Assembly: GCF_035084215.1 (NCBI RefSeq)
Contig: NC_090339.1
Span: 38,812,001 to 38,876,000, forward strand
Direction: 5' to 3'
Length of the DNA stretch: 64,000 bases
Origin: Heptranchias perlo
Taxonomy: Eukaryota
Under the pieces are notes generated by a model. That model was not told the DNA's origin, ran no database searches, and worked only from the letters and a program-made list of their open reading frames with translations. Shown here in pieces: positions 1 to 12,307 of this stretch (positions are counted from its first letter, which is position 1; each line of letters opens with the position of its first letter). The position numbers and the translations under genes are program-made.

Positions 1-83
1 ATTTAGGTGAACTGTTAAACCTTTTCTAATTAAATATTTTTCTTGTTAGTTTCTCATGGTTCTTAATTGTTTTCGTCTTGTAG

Positions 84-192
84 GCAAGAAGAGGAACGCA
101 GAAGACGCGACGAAGAAATACTGCTGCGTCAGCGTGAAAAAGAAGAAATGATGAGAAGACAACAGGAGGGATTCCGAGGAAACTTTGAAAAT
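84..192 (+). CDS. NONO: DBHS-family protein (NONO/p54nrb-like) coding exon, end of coiled-coil
   Basis: Acceptor ttcgtcttgtag and donor GTAAGT at 193. Translates (R)[36 protein letters not shown], similar to human NONO [28 protein letters not shown]. Upstream exons lie outside the window. Family call is firm; the paralog call (NONO vs PSPC1) is less so. Confidence 0.85.
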
Positions 193-2029
193 GTAAGTGT
201 TCTGCAATATTAATGCCATTCAAAGCAAAGGTGAGGTAGGTGGCCTACAAGAACATTCGGATGTTATTAATACATTTGTGGCAAAAAATTGTTCATATAA
301 ATGCCAGCATATTGATTTAAACACAGGAAAAGTTGAAATATTTCAGACGGCATCAGTTTAGCAGATACTGTATTGGGGCAGCAAGTGGTGTTGGATGAGG
401 GTTGTTTGATCACCCACATCGACTTTCTGATCATTGAACTGTTTAAGGACAGTTGACTGACTATAGAAATAACTGACTAACCATAGACGTGGCTACAGTG
501 ACACTGTTTTTGCCACATGCACTAATTTTAGTAGAAAACACCTTGTAGGTAAATGTACTTCACGTGCATATTCAACAAATCTCTACCACCGTTCAGTGTG
601 AAACTTTGCAATCTTTCTCTTTCACCAAAATTTGGAATTCTGGCATGAATTTATTAGACACAGCACACCTTAGTACAGCGTCTGGTTTTTTGTTCAGCAA
701 TTACCAGCGGTACTTTGACTTCATCAGAATGATTGCTGAGAATGTTGATTCACACAACGAGACATGCCAGACCTACCACTGATTTCAATCCAGATGCAAT
801 TAGATGCTGCTTGCCCGTCGCCATGATGTGCCTTGCTGGAGCAGCTTGTTATTGGTTGGGCTTGCATTCTTCTGGCCTGGAGCTGTTATCCAATTGGTTG
901 AACTGACCATGACGACAGCACCCCTATCTATACACTGGTATTTCCATGGTTCTGAATTTCAATGATTCTTCACCCGTGTTGCACACCATTTTAGCAGATA
1001 ACCAATAAGCAGTAACCAAAGAAGTAAAGCATGTGTGTGCATGTGCACACTCTGCTTTTTGTCTTAGTTTTACCAATAAACACACAAAAGGTTAGAATCA
1101 CATGCACACGCCTTGCAAATATTAATATTGAGATCACATGCCTAATACCAGTGTCCATTACTCAATTAGCCATATCTGGATTCCCACTTGGCCACCTATG
1201 TCTAATTGCTAATATATTGGACAACACTGGACCAAGGGATTCTACCAATTTGCCAACTAACATGATTTGGTTTAATGGATCAGACATGAATTATGCTTTT
1301 TTTTTAAATCTGTTGATGGGCCGTTCTCCAGGAGAATGGCGCAGTGACAGAATTGATTGGTTGGTTGAAATAGTTGCGGAGGCGTGAATAGCCTGAGCGA
1401 GGCCATGAATAATTGCTAAAGGTACCTGCTCGTGTCCTGTTGGAGCAAAAATTGTCAGTATTGGCAGAGGTCTGGGAGCAGGTCAACTGCCTCCCATTTT
1501 AGTTGTGGAATGACAGAAAAAGTAAAGAGCAATCAAACACACAGTACTGAATATTTTTAAGCAAAAGAAAATGACCCCCCCACCCCCCCATGCCAACTTC
1601 TCCTTCAAAGATGCTTACTCAAAATGGTTATGGTTTCACAGGTGTGGGCAGCTCTCCATTACCCCCCTGAATGCTTATCTTTCATGGGCAAGCCTTTATG
1701 ATTGGTGTTGTCATGCTGTTTCACTGTGTGTGTGGGGGGAGGAGGGGGAGGTGGCATTGCATCTGAACCTGATCCTGTCCTTATTGCACTCTTCAGAATG
1801 CTATTGGGTTTTGGTCCAGATTTGCTTGTCTGGAGAATTAACCTGCAAAGACCTGGAATTCAACTAGAGACCTTTTTGGTCTGTATAGATTAGTACCATA
1901 CTTGGGTTGTGCTTTGACCTGTTGAGTGCACTGACGTGGTCTGAATTGGATTAAATGGTAACCAGTCATTTATAGGGCTGGCATCCTGTGAATTTTAATT
2001 TTCTTAATGAGTATCCTTTGAGACTTTGT

Positions 2030-2310
2030 GTTGACCAGTGCATGATCTGTTGAATTTGCTGAACTCAGCCAGAGTAACAGAAGTGGCACCACTATTGGTA
2101 TCATTTCTCCCAGGCAGAGGCAAAGCAGCCAGGTTTCCTACTCATTGTTATCCAACATCTCCTGGTGAAAGTGCATGTGTATGGAGGTAATAATCGGTTG
2201 TGCTGCCTTCCCTATCCTCCAATTGAATACCTTGTTGATGCACACTGTTAAGGTTCTTTGAATTATGAGCGTTTGGGTAAAATATCAGGGTAATTGGAAG
2301 CCATGGACAT
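2030..2310 (+). mobile_element. Decayed SINE-like repeat (family B)
   Basis: Similar to 39280-39500 (tgctga..tcagcc, attgg, agccagg.ttcct, tatcca...cctg) and to reverse-strand copies at 10.5-11.7 kb. Confidence 0.5.
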
Positions 2311-2397
2311 GTAACTCAGCCAAAATGTTAATGTTTTCAGGAGCGTAGGAGAGAACATTGGTCAGTTTTTCATTCAGTATATGCATTACATTTTTAG

Positions 2398-2452
2398 AGA
2401 GAAAATATGAGGATGGAAGAAATGGCCCAACGTAGTGGAATGGCCATGCCAG
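2398..2452 (+). CDS. NONO: DBHS/NONO-like coding exon (55 nt)
   Basis: tttttag acceptor and GTAAGA donor. Reads RENMRMEEMAQRSGMAMP+G (cf. NONO REQEIRMGQMAMG, PSPC1 REQEMRMGDMG). Phase is compatible with both neighbouring exons. Confidence 0.85.
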
Positions 2453-4723
2453 GTAAGACTCAAAGAAAATTTTGGAATAGGGTAGTATGAAAAAGATGAA
2501 TTTTTCTTTCCAAAGAGCTGATAAACATTTCTCGATGGCGGTGAGCATATTGATTCAATGTTATATGTTTGAGAGTCATTCATATGGTATCAATTAATGT
2601 TTATTAAAATGATACATAAATGTGTCAAGAAATGGTTCATTGTTCCTCTTTGAACGTTTCAAAAATTTATGCAAATACAATATAGAAAATAAGCCATCTA
2701 TATATAATGAAACAATGGTTTTTAATGTGTATGCATTTGTATAGATTTCAGATCAGGCAGGATAGAATGATGTGTTAGAGCTTTGTATGAGCTAGCAAAG
2801 TTGGCGCTTCATGGTTATAAATATTTTATTACCTCTATCAGAAATGTAGAGTGGAATGATAGACATTTAAAAAAAAATTCCTGTCTACAAAACCTTACTT
2901 CCTGTTGTGTTTTTGCAATTTTATCAAATTGCATGTCGATATTTATAATTGCCCAGGTAAATTGGTTGCAATGGAATTATGCCTTCCAGCCAGTGGTGAT
3001 GCTGTAGCACTTCTAAGTTTTAAGTCTCCCAGCTCTTCAGCCTCTTATTGCAGAGAAACTTCTATGCTCCAGCCACCTCTGCTACACAAATTGCTGCAAG
3101 AGTTGCTATTTAACTATGAATATAAGATCAAAGTATTAAAAATTAGGGTAGAATGTATAATGTAAAATGAGGGCAGAATTACATCTGCTTCCCTGGTCCA
3201 ATTATCTGCTTTTCTCTAACCTGCCTCAGCTGAAAACTACATTTGGTCTTGATGTATCATGTGTAGTGTCATGGTTGATCATTCATTTTATATAAATGGA
3301 GTATTTTCTTCATACTTTTTTTGTGTAAAATTATGATTTTATGTCGTGTAGGAAAATTCAATAGGGCTGTTGCCATGGGCTTTATTTGTGGGTTGAAATC
3401 GGCCCTCTTAAAGTTTTGAAATTTGGCTTTAGTGACTAAAAGGAATGTTAAATTTGTCTAGAAAAATATTCTCAATTTATCATGAAGCAAAAGTTTTTTT
3501 TTATGCTTTAATGTGTACGCTTAGTTTATTGATCTGTTGGTCGCGACAGTGCTGCATAATGAGTAGATGTACCCCATAAATTTTAATTATTAAGCTTGCC
3601 TGTTATGACTGAGCCTGGAGAGCGTAGGTACCTTGGGAATCTTAATTTTAGTTACAAGCATGTGTTCCATCCTCTTTGCCGTTGAACATATTTGGAGGAT
3701 TGCGATGAGAGCTATTGTTGATTCCAGGAACGGATAGTAATTTTTTTTTCTTTAGTGCTGAATTAAGTTAAGTTATGTCTGTTAAAACTCCTCGGAATGC
3801 TTTTGTATGCTAATAGCTGTTTGGTGTCCATTACTAGCTGGGAGACTGGAGTGACTCCTCAGTTTATTCAGTCTATGTAGACTCATACTCCAGTTTGAGT
3901 AAAAGGAAGAACTGTCTTTAATGGTCAAATTTTGAACATAAGGTATTCCTCCCAGTCTTCTCCCCAGTGTTGAATTAGAAATAAAGCTAAAACTTAAACT
4001 AATTACAAACTTAAACATCATACACACTAAATCCTGTGCCAATTTTGATGTCAGTTTCATTTTGTCATTACTTAGCAGATTCTACAAAATGTTAAAATGG
4101 AATAAATTAGTAGTGACTTATTTTAGAAATGTAAAGCTGTAAACCTAAGTCGGGATGTATCTTTTCCAGTTTGAATTTTAAAGATGTCTTACTGATTCAT
4201 AGTCTACTTCTATGTTGTGGATCCTTCAGATGCATTGAAGGAATTGTTGAAAGTTTGTTAGGCATGGCATTCCTTAGAATTTTTTTTTTACTTTGTTTCC
4301 TGTTTCCATTCATTTTAGTGGGACTAACTGCGGCTGATTTTACAAATCTTAAAGCAGGTATGGAATGAATCAGATTTTAAATAAACGCTTCATTGGGATT
4401 ACTGCTTTTTTGCATGACTTGCACCATTTTCTTTGAAATGGACCCAATATACAGGTGTATGATTGTATTCTAAGCAGGAAAAAATCAATGTGAAAAAAAA
4501 ACGATTGCTGCACCTAAGATCAGGTGTAGCCGTTTATATTTCCTTGAAATTGCAAAGCAATGTAAAATTTTCCAGTAAGAATGGCTTTAATTATTTATTG
4601 ATGGATATTGCGTTGATGGTGCAGTGTTCTGTATTTATTTTTGGGGCAAGTACTTGACTAGATGAATGGCAAATGTGCCAATAACTTTCAGCTGATATTT
4701 TACCAAAATACTGTACTTATCAG

Positions 4724-4851
4724 CCTCTGCAAACCAAGTTCCTCAGCCACTTATGGGAATGAACAGACCGACTGTGAATACTAATGCGCCACCTCCGCAA
4801 GGACCACCTGGAAGTCTGGGAAACCAAATGCCAGAAAACAACATGGGAATG
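4724..4851 (+). CDS. NONO: DBHS/NONO-like coding exon, G/P/M/N-rich low-complexity tail
   Basis: cttatcag acceptor and GTAATG donor. Reads (A)SANQVPQPLMGMNRPTVNTNAPPPQGPPGSLGNQMPENNMGM. Phase 1 in and phase 0 out fit the flanking exons. Confidence 0.8.
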
Positions 4852-7800
4852 GTAATGTATTAACAAAATATCAAGTTCATGAGAGTAGCCTAGGGTTTTA
4901 CATATCAGATAAGGGGATAGTGAATTTGAAGTTGTAGGCATGTTTTTTTTTCCCCTAACCTTTGGGGTGCTAGTGTGGGGCTGTGTGAGACTGTTAATGT
5001 TGAACCTATACACAGTTAAGTTTGATGGTTTGGTTTTAGTGAAGTTCTAACTCTGAATACACATGGTGCAGAGCTCCTTCTTTGGATGCCCTCTCTAAAG
5101 GAAATATAGTGTGTTAATCAATGTAATGAAGTTTTATTTGCCTCGAATTTGATAGTTTCTTGGTTCTTTTTCCCAATTTAGGATTTAGTTTACAGGACAG
5201 TTTCTCCACCCCCCCCCCCCAAACAACCCCGCTCCAGCTTGTCAGCTAAGTCCTTGGGATGAAAATGCAAAGTATGTCAGTAATTCTGTCTTTAAAGCAT
5301 GCAATGGCAGAGTATCTGTCTGTCTGTTACCCCTTACAATCAAGTTGTTGGAAATATTCCAAATTTATACAATATTTTTAGTATACTGGATGTCATGTAA
5401 GATAATAACTTGGATTTTCAACACTACCCTCATTTAGGTGTATTGCACAATAACTGAATGATTCTTTGGGTTAATCCAATTTCTACAAGTGATAAATGCA
5501 CTCATACAGGAGAATTAGAACTGCAAGAGTTCAGATATCATCTAGTTTATAAGATCCTAAGTCTTTATAAAAGCAAGTTATGACAGGAAACTGTCAGAGC
5601 TGTGGATATGCTCCCATGGTGCTAGTTTTCCACTAACAGTTACTCAATGACCGAATTGTGATAGTAATGGTTACAGTGTATAAACAAAATCATTCCTGTA
5701 CAGTGAATTTAGTGAAACCATCCTGTTTCAAGATAGAAGCTGTTGTGAAATACGCACATTTGTGACTTACCAATTATTTTTTTAGACAGTTGAGTTGTCA
5801 TTTAGGAAAGTACAGATACTCTTTAAGGACATTGATTCGAATGCATTTTTTTTTCTTGGCAGCAGCTTAAACACTTTTTTTAAGTTCTATTTTAATCTTT
5901 ATTAACATTTCTGATCAGATTACCAGGCTCCTAATTGATTTCTCAATTTACCTCTTTACCTCCATTTGCTTTCTGGAGTAGATCAGGATGAATTATGACG
6001 AGTTTCCTACTGGACCAACTTCTGCATAACTGTTAACACAGGAGGTTCAGTAAAAGAATGAACTGGGTTTCATACTGTGGTCAAAATGAGATGCAGGAAT
6101 GGATAGAAAAGTACAAGAAAACCTAAAGGGGAAGGTATGAATGCAGACTTCTGGAAATGCTGAGGAAGAGGCTTAAAAAGTTTAAATGAGTGAAAGTCAA
6201 CATCTCAAAAAAAAAAAAAATACTCCTGGGGAACTATTCTTAAATTGAGTTTTGTACTCCATTTATCTGGTTTTGTGTAGACTTACCTGTTTAAGGCTCC
6301 ACAGTTATATTGAGAGCAAGTTTTTTCTTGTAACCTTTATGATGCAGTGTGTTCCAGTTATTGTACATACTCTTGCTTGAAGTCTGTAATTGTCACTTAT
6401 TGGATATATCTATTAATACCGTAAAAATATTATCTGTGCACTGTCAACTCTTTCCATTACATTCCTGTGTCCAGATTCATAAAGCTGGCTATTTAAAACT
6501 TGTCAGGTTGTAATTACCTGCTCTCCACCAGTGGAGGTGTTGGAGCTCCACCACTGGAAGGAAGATCCAATTACATTGTGCTAAGTTTATATAGGCAGTT
6601 TCCATTATAAATGTGAAAATAGGAATGTATAATGGTTAAAAAATAAGGACAGAATATATGACTAAAATGGGGACTGAATTACATCTGTACGCCCAACTCC
6701 AATTATCCCTTCACCTGAAGACTGCACTTGGTCTTGACTCGGTGTGCAGTGCTACGGGAGGCTGACTAGTATACTAAAATTATAATTGGCAAGCAGGTAC
6801 TAATCCTCAATGGTCATACATTCCAAAAGCAGTACTACTTATGTTCTTAAACGGATGATGTGCCAAACTATTTACTAATGTATATAGTGAATAAGGGCAA
6901 AGATTCTGTACTGGAATGAAGGGCACTGATGGAACATGGTTACCTGTATCAGTTTTGATGGTCCTGTTGTAATATATAGCGTTTGTGTCAATGCACCGCT
7001 GTGTGTCAAGTGAAAATAAAAATTTTTTTAGAAGCTTGAAAAGCTTATTTGGCCCAACAGTCATTTTTTAAAGAAAATCCCACCTACCTGACTTCTCACC
7101 AAATCACTCAATCCATTCTCTCTCCAGAATCTCATCAGCTATCTGTGAGCCCATTTGTACATTATTGTAATTGTACAATAACTTTTGCAGTTTATTAGTA
7201 GCTTATTCTCAGTTGGAAATATTTTGTGAATTTCTGTTTCCTGGAGTTGTTCTTGTATTTAAACAGTCATTTTATAAACTCGTGTACCTCCAGACTATAC
7301 GTTAAAAAAAAAATCAATTAATGAATCCTTAGGTAGCATAGTTACACTTTGTACAGTAGTTTTTCTTGTCAGATTGTGTGTGCTTTCTCATTCTGGAAAT
7401 CAATGTGATATTTTTGAATAGAAACATTTATGAACTAACAATACTATTAGTTTACCATCCATCATGAGTATATTGATTGCAAAAAAAAACTTAAATTTAT
7501 GGAAGAATGTTACTGTAAAATCAGTTGGTGTCTTTCAAAATAAATTAGGGACTGTAAATCATAAGTTATATTTTAGGGCAACTTTGGTTTTCAGGTTGAA
7601 CGTTAGGTTGATTACCAACATGCTTTCAGTTCAGACTAATCTCATAATCCCTTGATTGTGGCATGAGCTTTCAATGGATTTATAGGAGTTTTGGTATGCA
7701 TGGTGGCTTGTGTGGAGAGGAAGATATATAAGGAACAATAGATAGGTGGTTACTAGAGATGTGAAGAAATTCATGTGCGGTTACTTTGTAGGCTGTGTAT

Positions 7801-8449
7801 CTTTTTGAAAGTAATCTTTCAAAGGGGGAGCTATATATGAAAGAGATCCTTTTAATGGTATTGGCTACTCTGCAGACATTTTGGTGACTGGTCTTGCATA
7901 CAGATTGTTGTATTCACAGGGACTGATCTGGTAATTGCATTGGCAATTGCTTTCTTGTTTGTTGCTGACATTGGTTACAATGTATCTTGATAGTGAGGCT
8001 CTAAGTGGCTTTTCTGTTCATAAGTGGACTGAAATGCATTGGTTGTAGTAAACTGTAGCTATTAAGGTGGATTATTGAATCAGTCCAGTCTGAGTTTATT
8101 TATCCATTACTACCATTTTCATCTGTTGAATGTGTGATTCTTGGTATTATAGGATACATACTTAATAAATTTTAATGGTTGCAGACTTGGATTTAAGGGT
8201 ATGTTTTCCAGCAATATCGAGCAACATGACCAAAAAAAATTAGAACTCTGCTTTAAATATACTTTGCTTTCTCACTGATTACTACAGTTATTATACATTG
8301 AAATCCACAGCCCAAATTGAGCCAATTTCTGCATTTTATTAAACTATTTTTAGCAATTTTTAAAATATAGATAAATACTTGCCTGTATATCTGATTTTTT
8401 AAAAAATAGCTGAGAACCTGCAGCACAACGTGGTGACTTTTTTTTCCAG

Positions 8450-8498
8450 AACAGTGATGATTATTTGCATTATTGTGGAGAAGTGCAAGAGAATGCAG
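8450..8498 (+). other. Candidate 49-nt alternative cassette exon in the last intron
   Basis: Strong acceptor cttttttttccag and strong donor CAG|GTAAGG. Open in the incoming frame (NSDDYLHYCGEVQENA). Confidence 0.4.
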
Positions 8499-10494
8499 GT
8501 AAGGCCCCCCAGAAGCAACTATGAACTCCCCAGCAGTTGGTTTAATATGGCTTCTGAAGGGCCCCATTGGTCGTTCCTTTAAGCACCCTCTGGTGTGTGG
8601 TGGACTAGGAGGAAAATGGATTCATTATATTATTAAAGCAACAGTTTAACAAATCAATGAGTACATGTGCTGTCACAAATATGCAGATAGTATTGTAGGT
8701 GTTTTTGCCTCCAGAAGTATTGACCTATACTACATGGTGCTTTTTTACAGACCTATGGAGGGTACTGCTGACTGCTATTTGTTTTCTCGCCACGGCAGGC
8801 TGAGTGCATTGCTAGCCTATTTCGACATTGGTGCAGATCCGTGGCCAGAAGCTTATTGTTGAAAATATAACTACTTTCCCAATCTTGTGCATGAAGAGCT
8901 ACTTCAATATCATTTAAGAATGTTAGTAGTTACTTCAGGGTTCAAATATCTAATCTTCCCTAGTTTGCGCAGACACTGAAGTATTTGTCCAAATGAACAC
9001 AAGATTTTTTGCAGTCTGAATGTTTGCACATGCCTATAGGCCAGCTAGGAGAATTTAGAAATTTCTCTGCATGGCTACTGTGAAAATGAATGGTTAAACT
9101 GTTGTTTTAATAAGTTAAACTTTTCTTTCAAAATGAAATGGGGTAGAAAACTGAGAAGAGATGAAATGAGTGTGTTCAATGGCACGTGGATTGTTTTATC
9201 ATCCTTTATCTGTGTTGAATGTGAGTCAATCTTCTTTCAGCATTTTTGCCAGCAAAAAATGTGTTGGGGCATGAAAATAAGGATCCCAAATACATATTCA
9301 ATTACTGCTGTACTCAAATCCACTAACTGAAATGTCAACTCTTGCAGCAATTTTAAGCTTTTGTTACCCAATATTGCTGATGGAATATCTTCAATTGATC
9401 AGTGTATTCCTGGAATTATAGCATTTGCTTTTAAACCATTGGCTGAATAATTTGTACTTTCTTTTGTTAAAATCTTTGTAGTTTTCTTCCCTCCCTGTCT
9501 CTTCTGAAGATATTGAGATATGGTTCCTTGGATGCCAATTCATGCAAGAAACCAGCAGGCAGTAACCATGCATGTGTGGACCTAGGTGATAAATTACGTG
9601 AATGTGAGGGAGAAGTATCACAGCAGAGTTTGATCCCAACTTGCCCACCACCCGCGTGCACTTCTGTCAGGGGTTGATGAATAGTGATCAAGGTTGGGAA
9701 TTTTTTTGCCTTTTCCTTTACCCAGGTTCATAAACCCAATTATAATATGCACGTTCTGGTATGTAGTGGGTTTTTTTCTCCTCCCCCACCCTCCATCCTT
9801 TACTCTGCCCCCAAATACTAATTAGGGATGAATGCAGCAAATTTATTCACAAAACCAAGACACAAATCCCTTACAAGATATTCTGTTTGCCAAACCAAAG
9901 ATAACTTTTCATTGAGTATTCCTTGAATACTATAACCGATTCAGTATTGAAGTGAGATTCATTATTGAAGTGAGTAGCAGCTTTGATCGTTAACCAACTG
10001 TAGTTTTGATGTAAGTTACGTTAAACAATTACTCCTGAAGATAATAGGTGAGATTATCTGCATAAAATTCTTGTTTTCTTTCCACTTAACAGTTAAACAT
10101 GAGAGCACACTGGTTTTCACAGAAAACGCATATTGTCGTTAGTTTTAAAATTGAAGGATGCAACTTGTTTTTCCTTAAATTGATATTTAACACTCCAAAA
10201 ACTTTGGCCTCAAAACAGTTTGCAATACATACTTCAATAGATTGATGGAAATTTTGAAAGTGTGACTTGTACTCATAATGAGTTTATTTTGCTGCTGACT
10301 TGAGACATGATGCACTTGAGGTCAAACTGAGAAACCCACCCAATCTATCTAGATTTATTGGTATTGTTAAATTTTTGGAAAATTCCTTTTTTTTTGTGGA
10401 GAACATTAAAAGTGAAGTCATGTAGTTTTAATCTTGATAGTTTTAATTTCAAGTGCCACCCCTGTTTTTTCTCTGAGCTGCATTATGATACTAT

Positions 10495-10710
10495 GTAGCT
10501 GATTTCCCCCCTTCCCCCATCCTTTTCTTACCCCAGGGGTACTGAGGCCAATAGTGCTCAAGCTTCTATGCTGACACTTGCTGATATGTTCCTCCACTGT
10601 CAGCTTCCCCAATTCCTTGCTCAAATGGTCATTAATTTGTGATCTGGACAACGAACATTAGCAAGATATTCAGTAGTGCAGGGCATTGCAGCTGATGTTG
10701 GCCTGGCCTA
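10495..10710 (-). mobile_element. Decayed SINE-like repeat (family B); further fragments near 10805-10900 and 11560-11690
   Basis: Reverse-complement matches to the family B body, e.g. tgatttccccc...cccaggggtactgaggccaat. Confidence 0.45.
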
Positions 10711-12169
10711 ATGTATGTGGATGCACGTTTTGCAGCAGGGGTGGCTACACGATCATAAGTGGGTTGATTTTCTTCCCCCCCCGCCCCCCCCCCCCCCCCC
10801 CCCAACTTTCTTCCCTAGCCCAGAGGAACTAAAGGCACTAGTGCTGGAATTTCTGCTCTGGGCAAGATCTGTTAATTCAGTTAGGGACTTTCAGGACTGT
10901 ACTTCGCGGTGTAAAAGGCACCATTCCGAGTAATACTAAGGGAAATGCTCAAAAATAAATTTCATGTTAGGGCCTAAGTTGATGTTATTTTGGTTAAGAT
11001 TTTTTTTAAAAAACAGAAACATTACACTGTACTCTAATTGGGGATGGAAGGTGAATTAGTGGTTAAATCACATTGATGCATGCATGAGCAGGCAGGAGAA
11101 CTGTATGTTTGCTGTGACTATAGAATTTTTGGAATATTTGAAGTAGAAATGTCAGCTGGAGGCATCCTGCATCCAATTGTATATTAGTATAACTGGTAAT
11201 GAAACCCAAGTTGATTTTTGAAGGGGAAGTATAAAGTGACATTATAAAATTGTATTGCCCATTTCAGTGTGGGAAATAGAATGTAATCTGCTAGTATTGT
11301 TGCTTTAGTAGGAATGTTCCCATTGCAGAAACTTAAACACATTGTACCATACTTGTACTGCTGTAGTTCATATTCATTCTCTGTGTGTGCATTTATCATG
11401 CTACACTGAGATTGCTTGTGCAGTTAGCTTCTATGAGGATCAGGTTTGCTCTTTCTTGCCAATTTTCTCCCCATCTCACTTTTAAGATCATAACTCCTAC
11501 TGTGATATGGTGTCATGTATGAACCTACTCTGACTATTGGCAGGTTATTTGAGAACTGAGGCATTACAGCCAAGTCCAGTTCTTTCAGCAAGCTTCTAAA
11601 GGGGGTCATGCATAGCAATTGAGAGATCGGCTAACTGCACAAACCAGAAGTAGAACCTGGAACCTGTGGTATGTAATCACCTCAGCCATTATTTAAGGTC
11701 ACTAAAGCTGGCATGCACATTATTCTGATGACAGTGAGCTGAGGTCACAAAATGCCTTTGTGGAGCATGTCCCAGTCTATAAAAATGGTAAGCTCTGACC
11801 GAAGGGGATGTGTGTGTGTGTAGGCCCACGGATTGTTGACTGACTTGAGTTTGGAAGAGTAGGTGGCGTTTATTTTTCTTTCCCTAATTTCGTTTTCATT
11901 TTACAAACATTTGAGATTAATTTTGTGAAGCGTTTTAGTAAATACTGTGTACAGATGGCAAGAGGAAGGTGTTGAATTTTTTCCCTAAGTTTGCTGTTAC
12001 CTTGTAAGTCTAATGTGATGACCCCTTTCCCTTTTTTTATCGGTACTTCTGGACTCTGCTGACTTTCATCGTTCCAATGGGGGATTCTCAACCTGCCTAA
12101 TGTTAAATCTACGTGGGACTTGCAATGAACACTAATGTCCAATCCTACATATTTTAACTAAATTAATAG

Positions 12170-12307
12170 CCTAATGATCGATTTGTTCCTGGAAATATGG
12201 ATGGTCAAGCAAATAACATGGGCGGTCCGATGGTTGGCAGCCCTGCTGGGTTTCCCCGTGGAAATCAAGTTGGAGAGTTTGGTGCAAACAAACGCCGTAG
12301 ATACTAA
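12170..12307 (+). CDS. NONO: DBHS/NONO-like terminal coding exon with C-terminal NLS
   Basis: aattaatag acceptor. Reads PNDRFVPGNMDGQANNMGGPMVGSPAGFPRGNQVGEFGANKRRRY* with TAA at 12305-12307. The NKRRRY terminus is shared by NONO and PSPC1; GEFGANKRRRY is closest to NONO AEFAPNKRRRY. Confidence 0.9.
   Translation, partial: PNDRFVPGNMDGQANNMGGPMVGSPAGFPRGNQVGEFGANKRRRY

Noticed and set aside
4681-4723. Alternative upstream acceptor (tttcag at 4691)
   Set aside because: It adds 32 nt, shifts the frame and reaches a stop within the exon; there is no supporting evidence.
8454-8557. C/D box snoRNA (GTGATGA ... CTGA)
   Set aside because: No convincing terminal stem or recognisable guide; the splice-site interpretation fits better.
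8583-8596. CTCF-like motif on the minus strand (CACCAGAGGGTGC)
   Set aside because: A single short motif match cannot be distinguished from chance without ChIP or conservation data.
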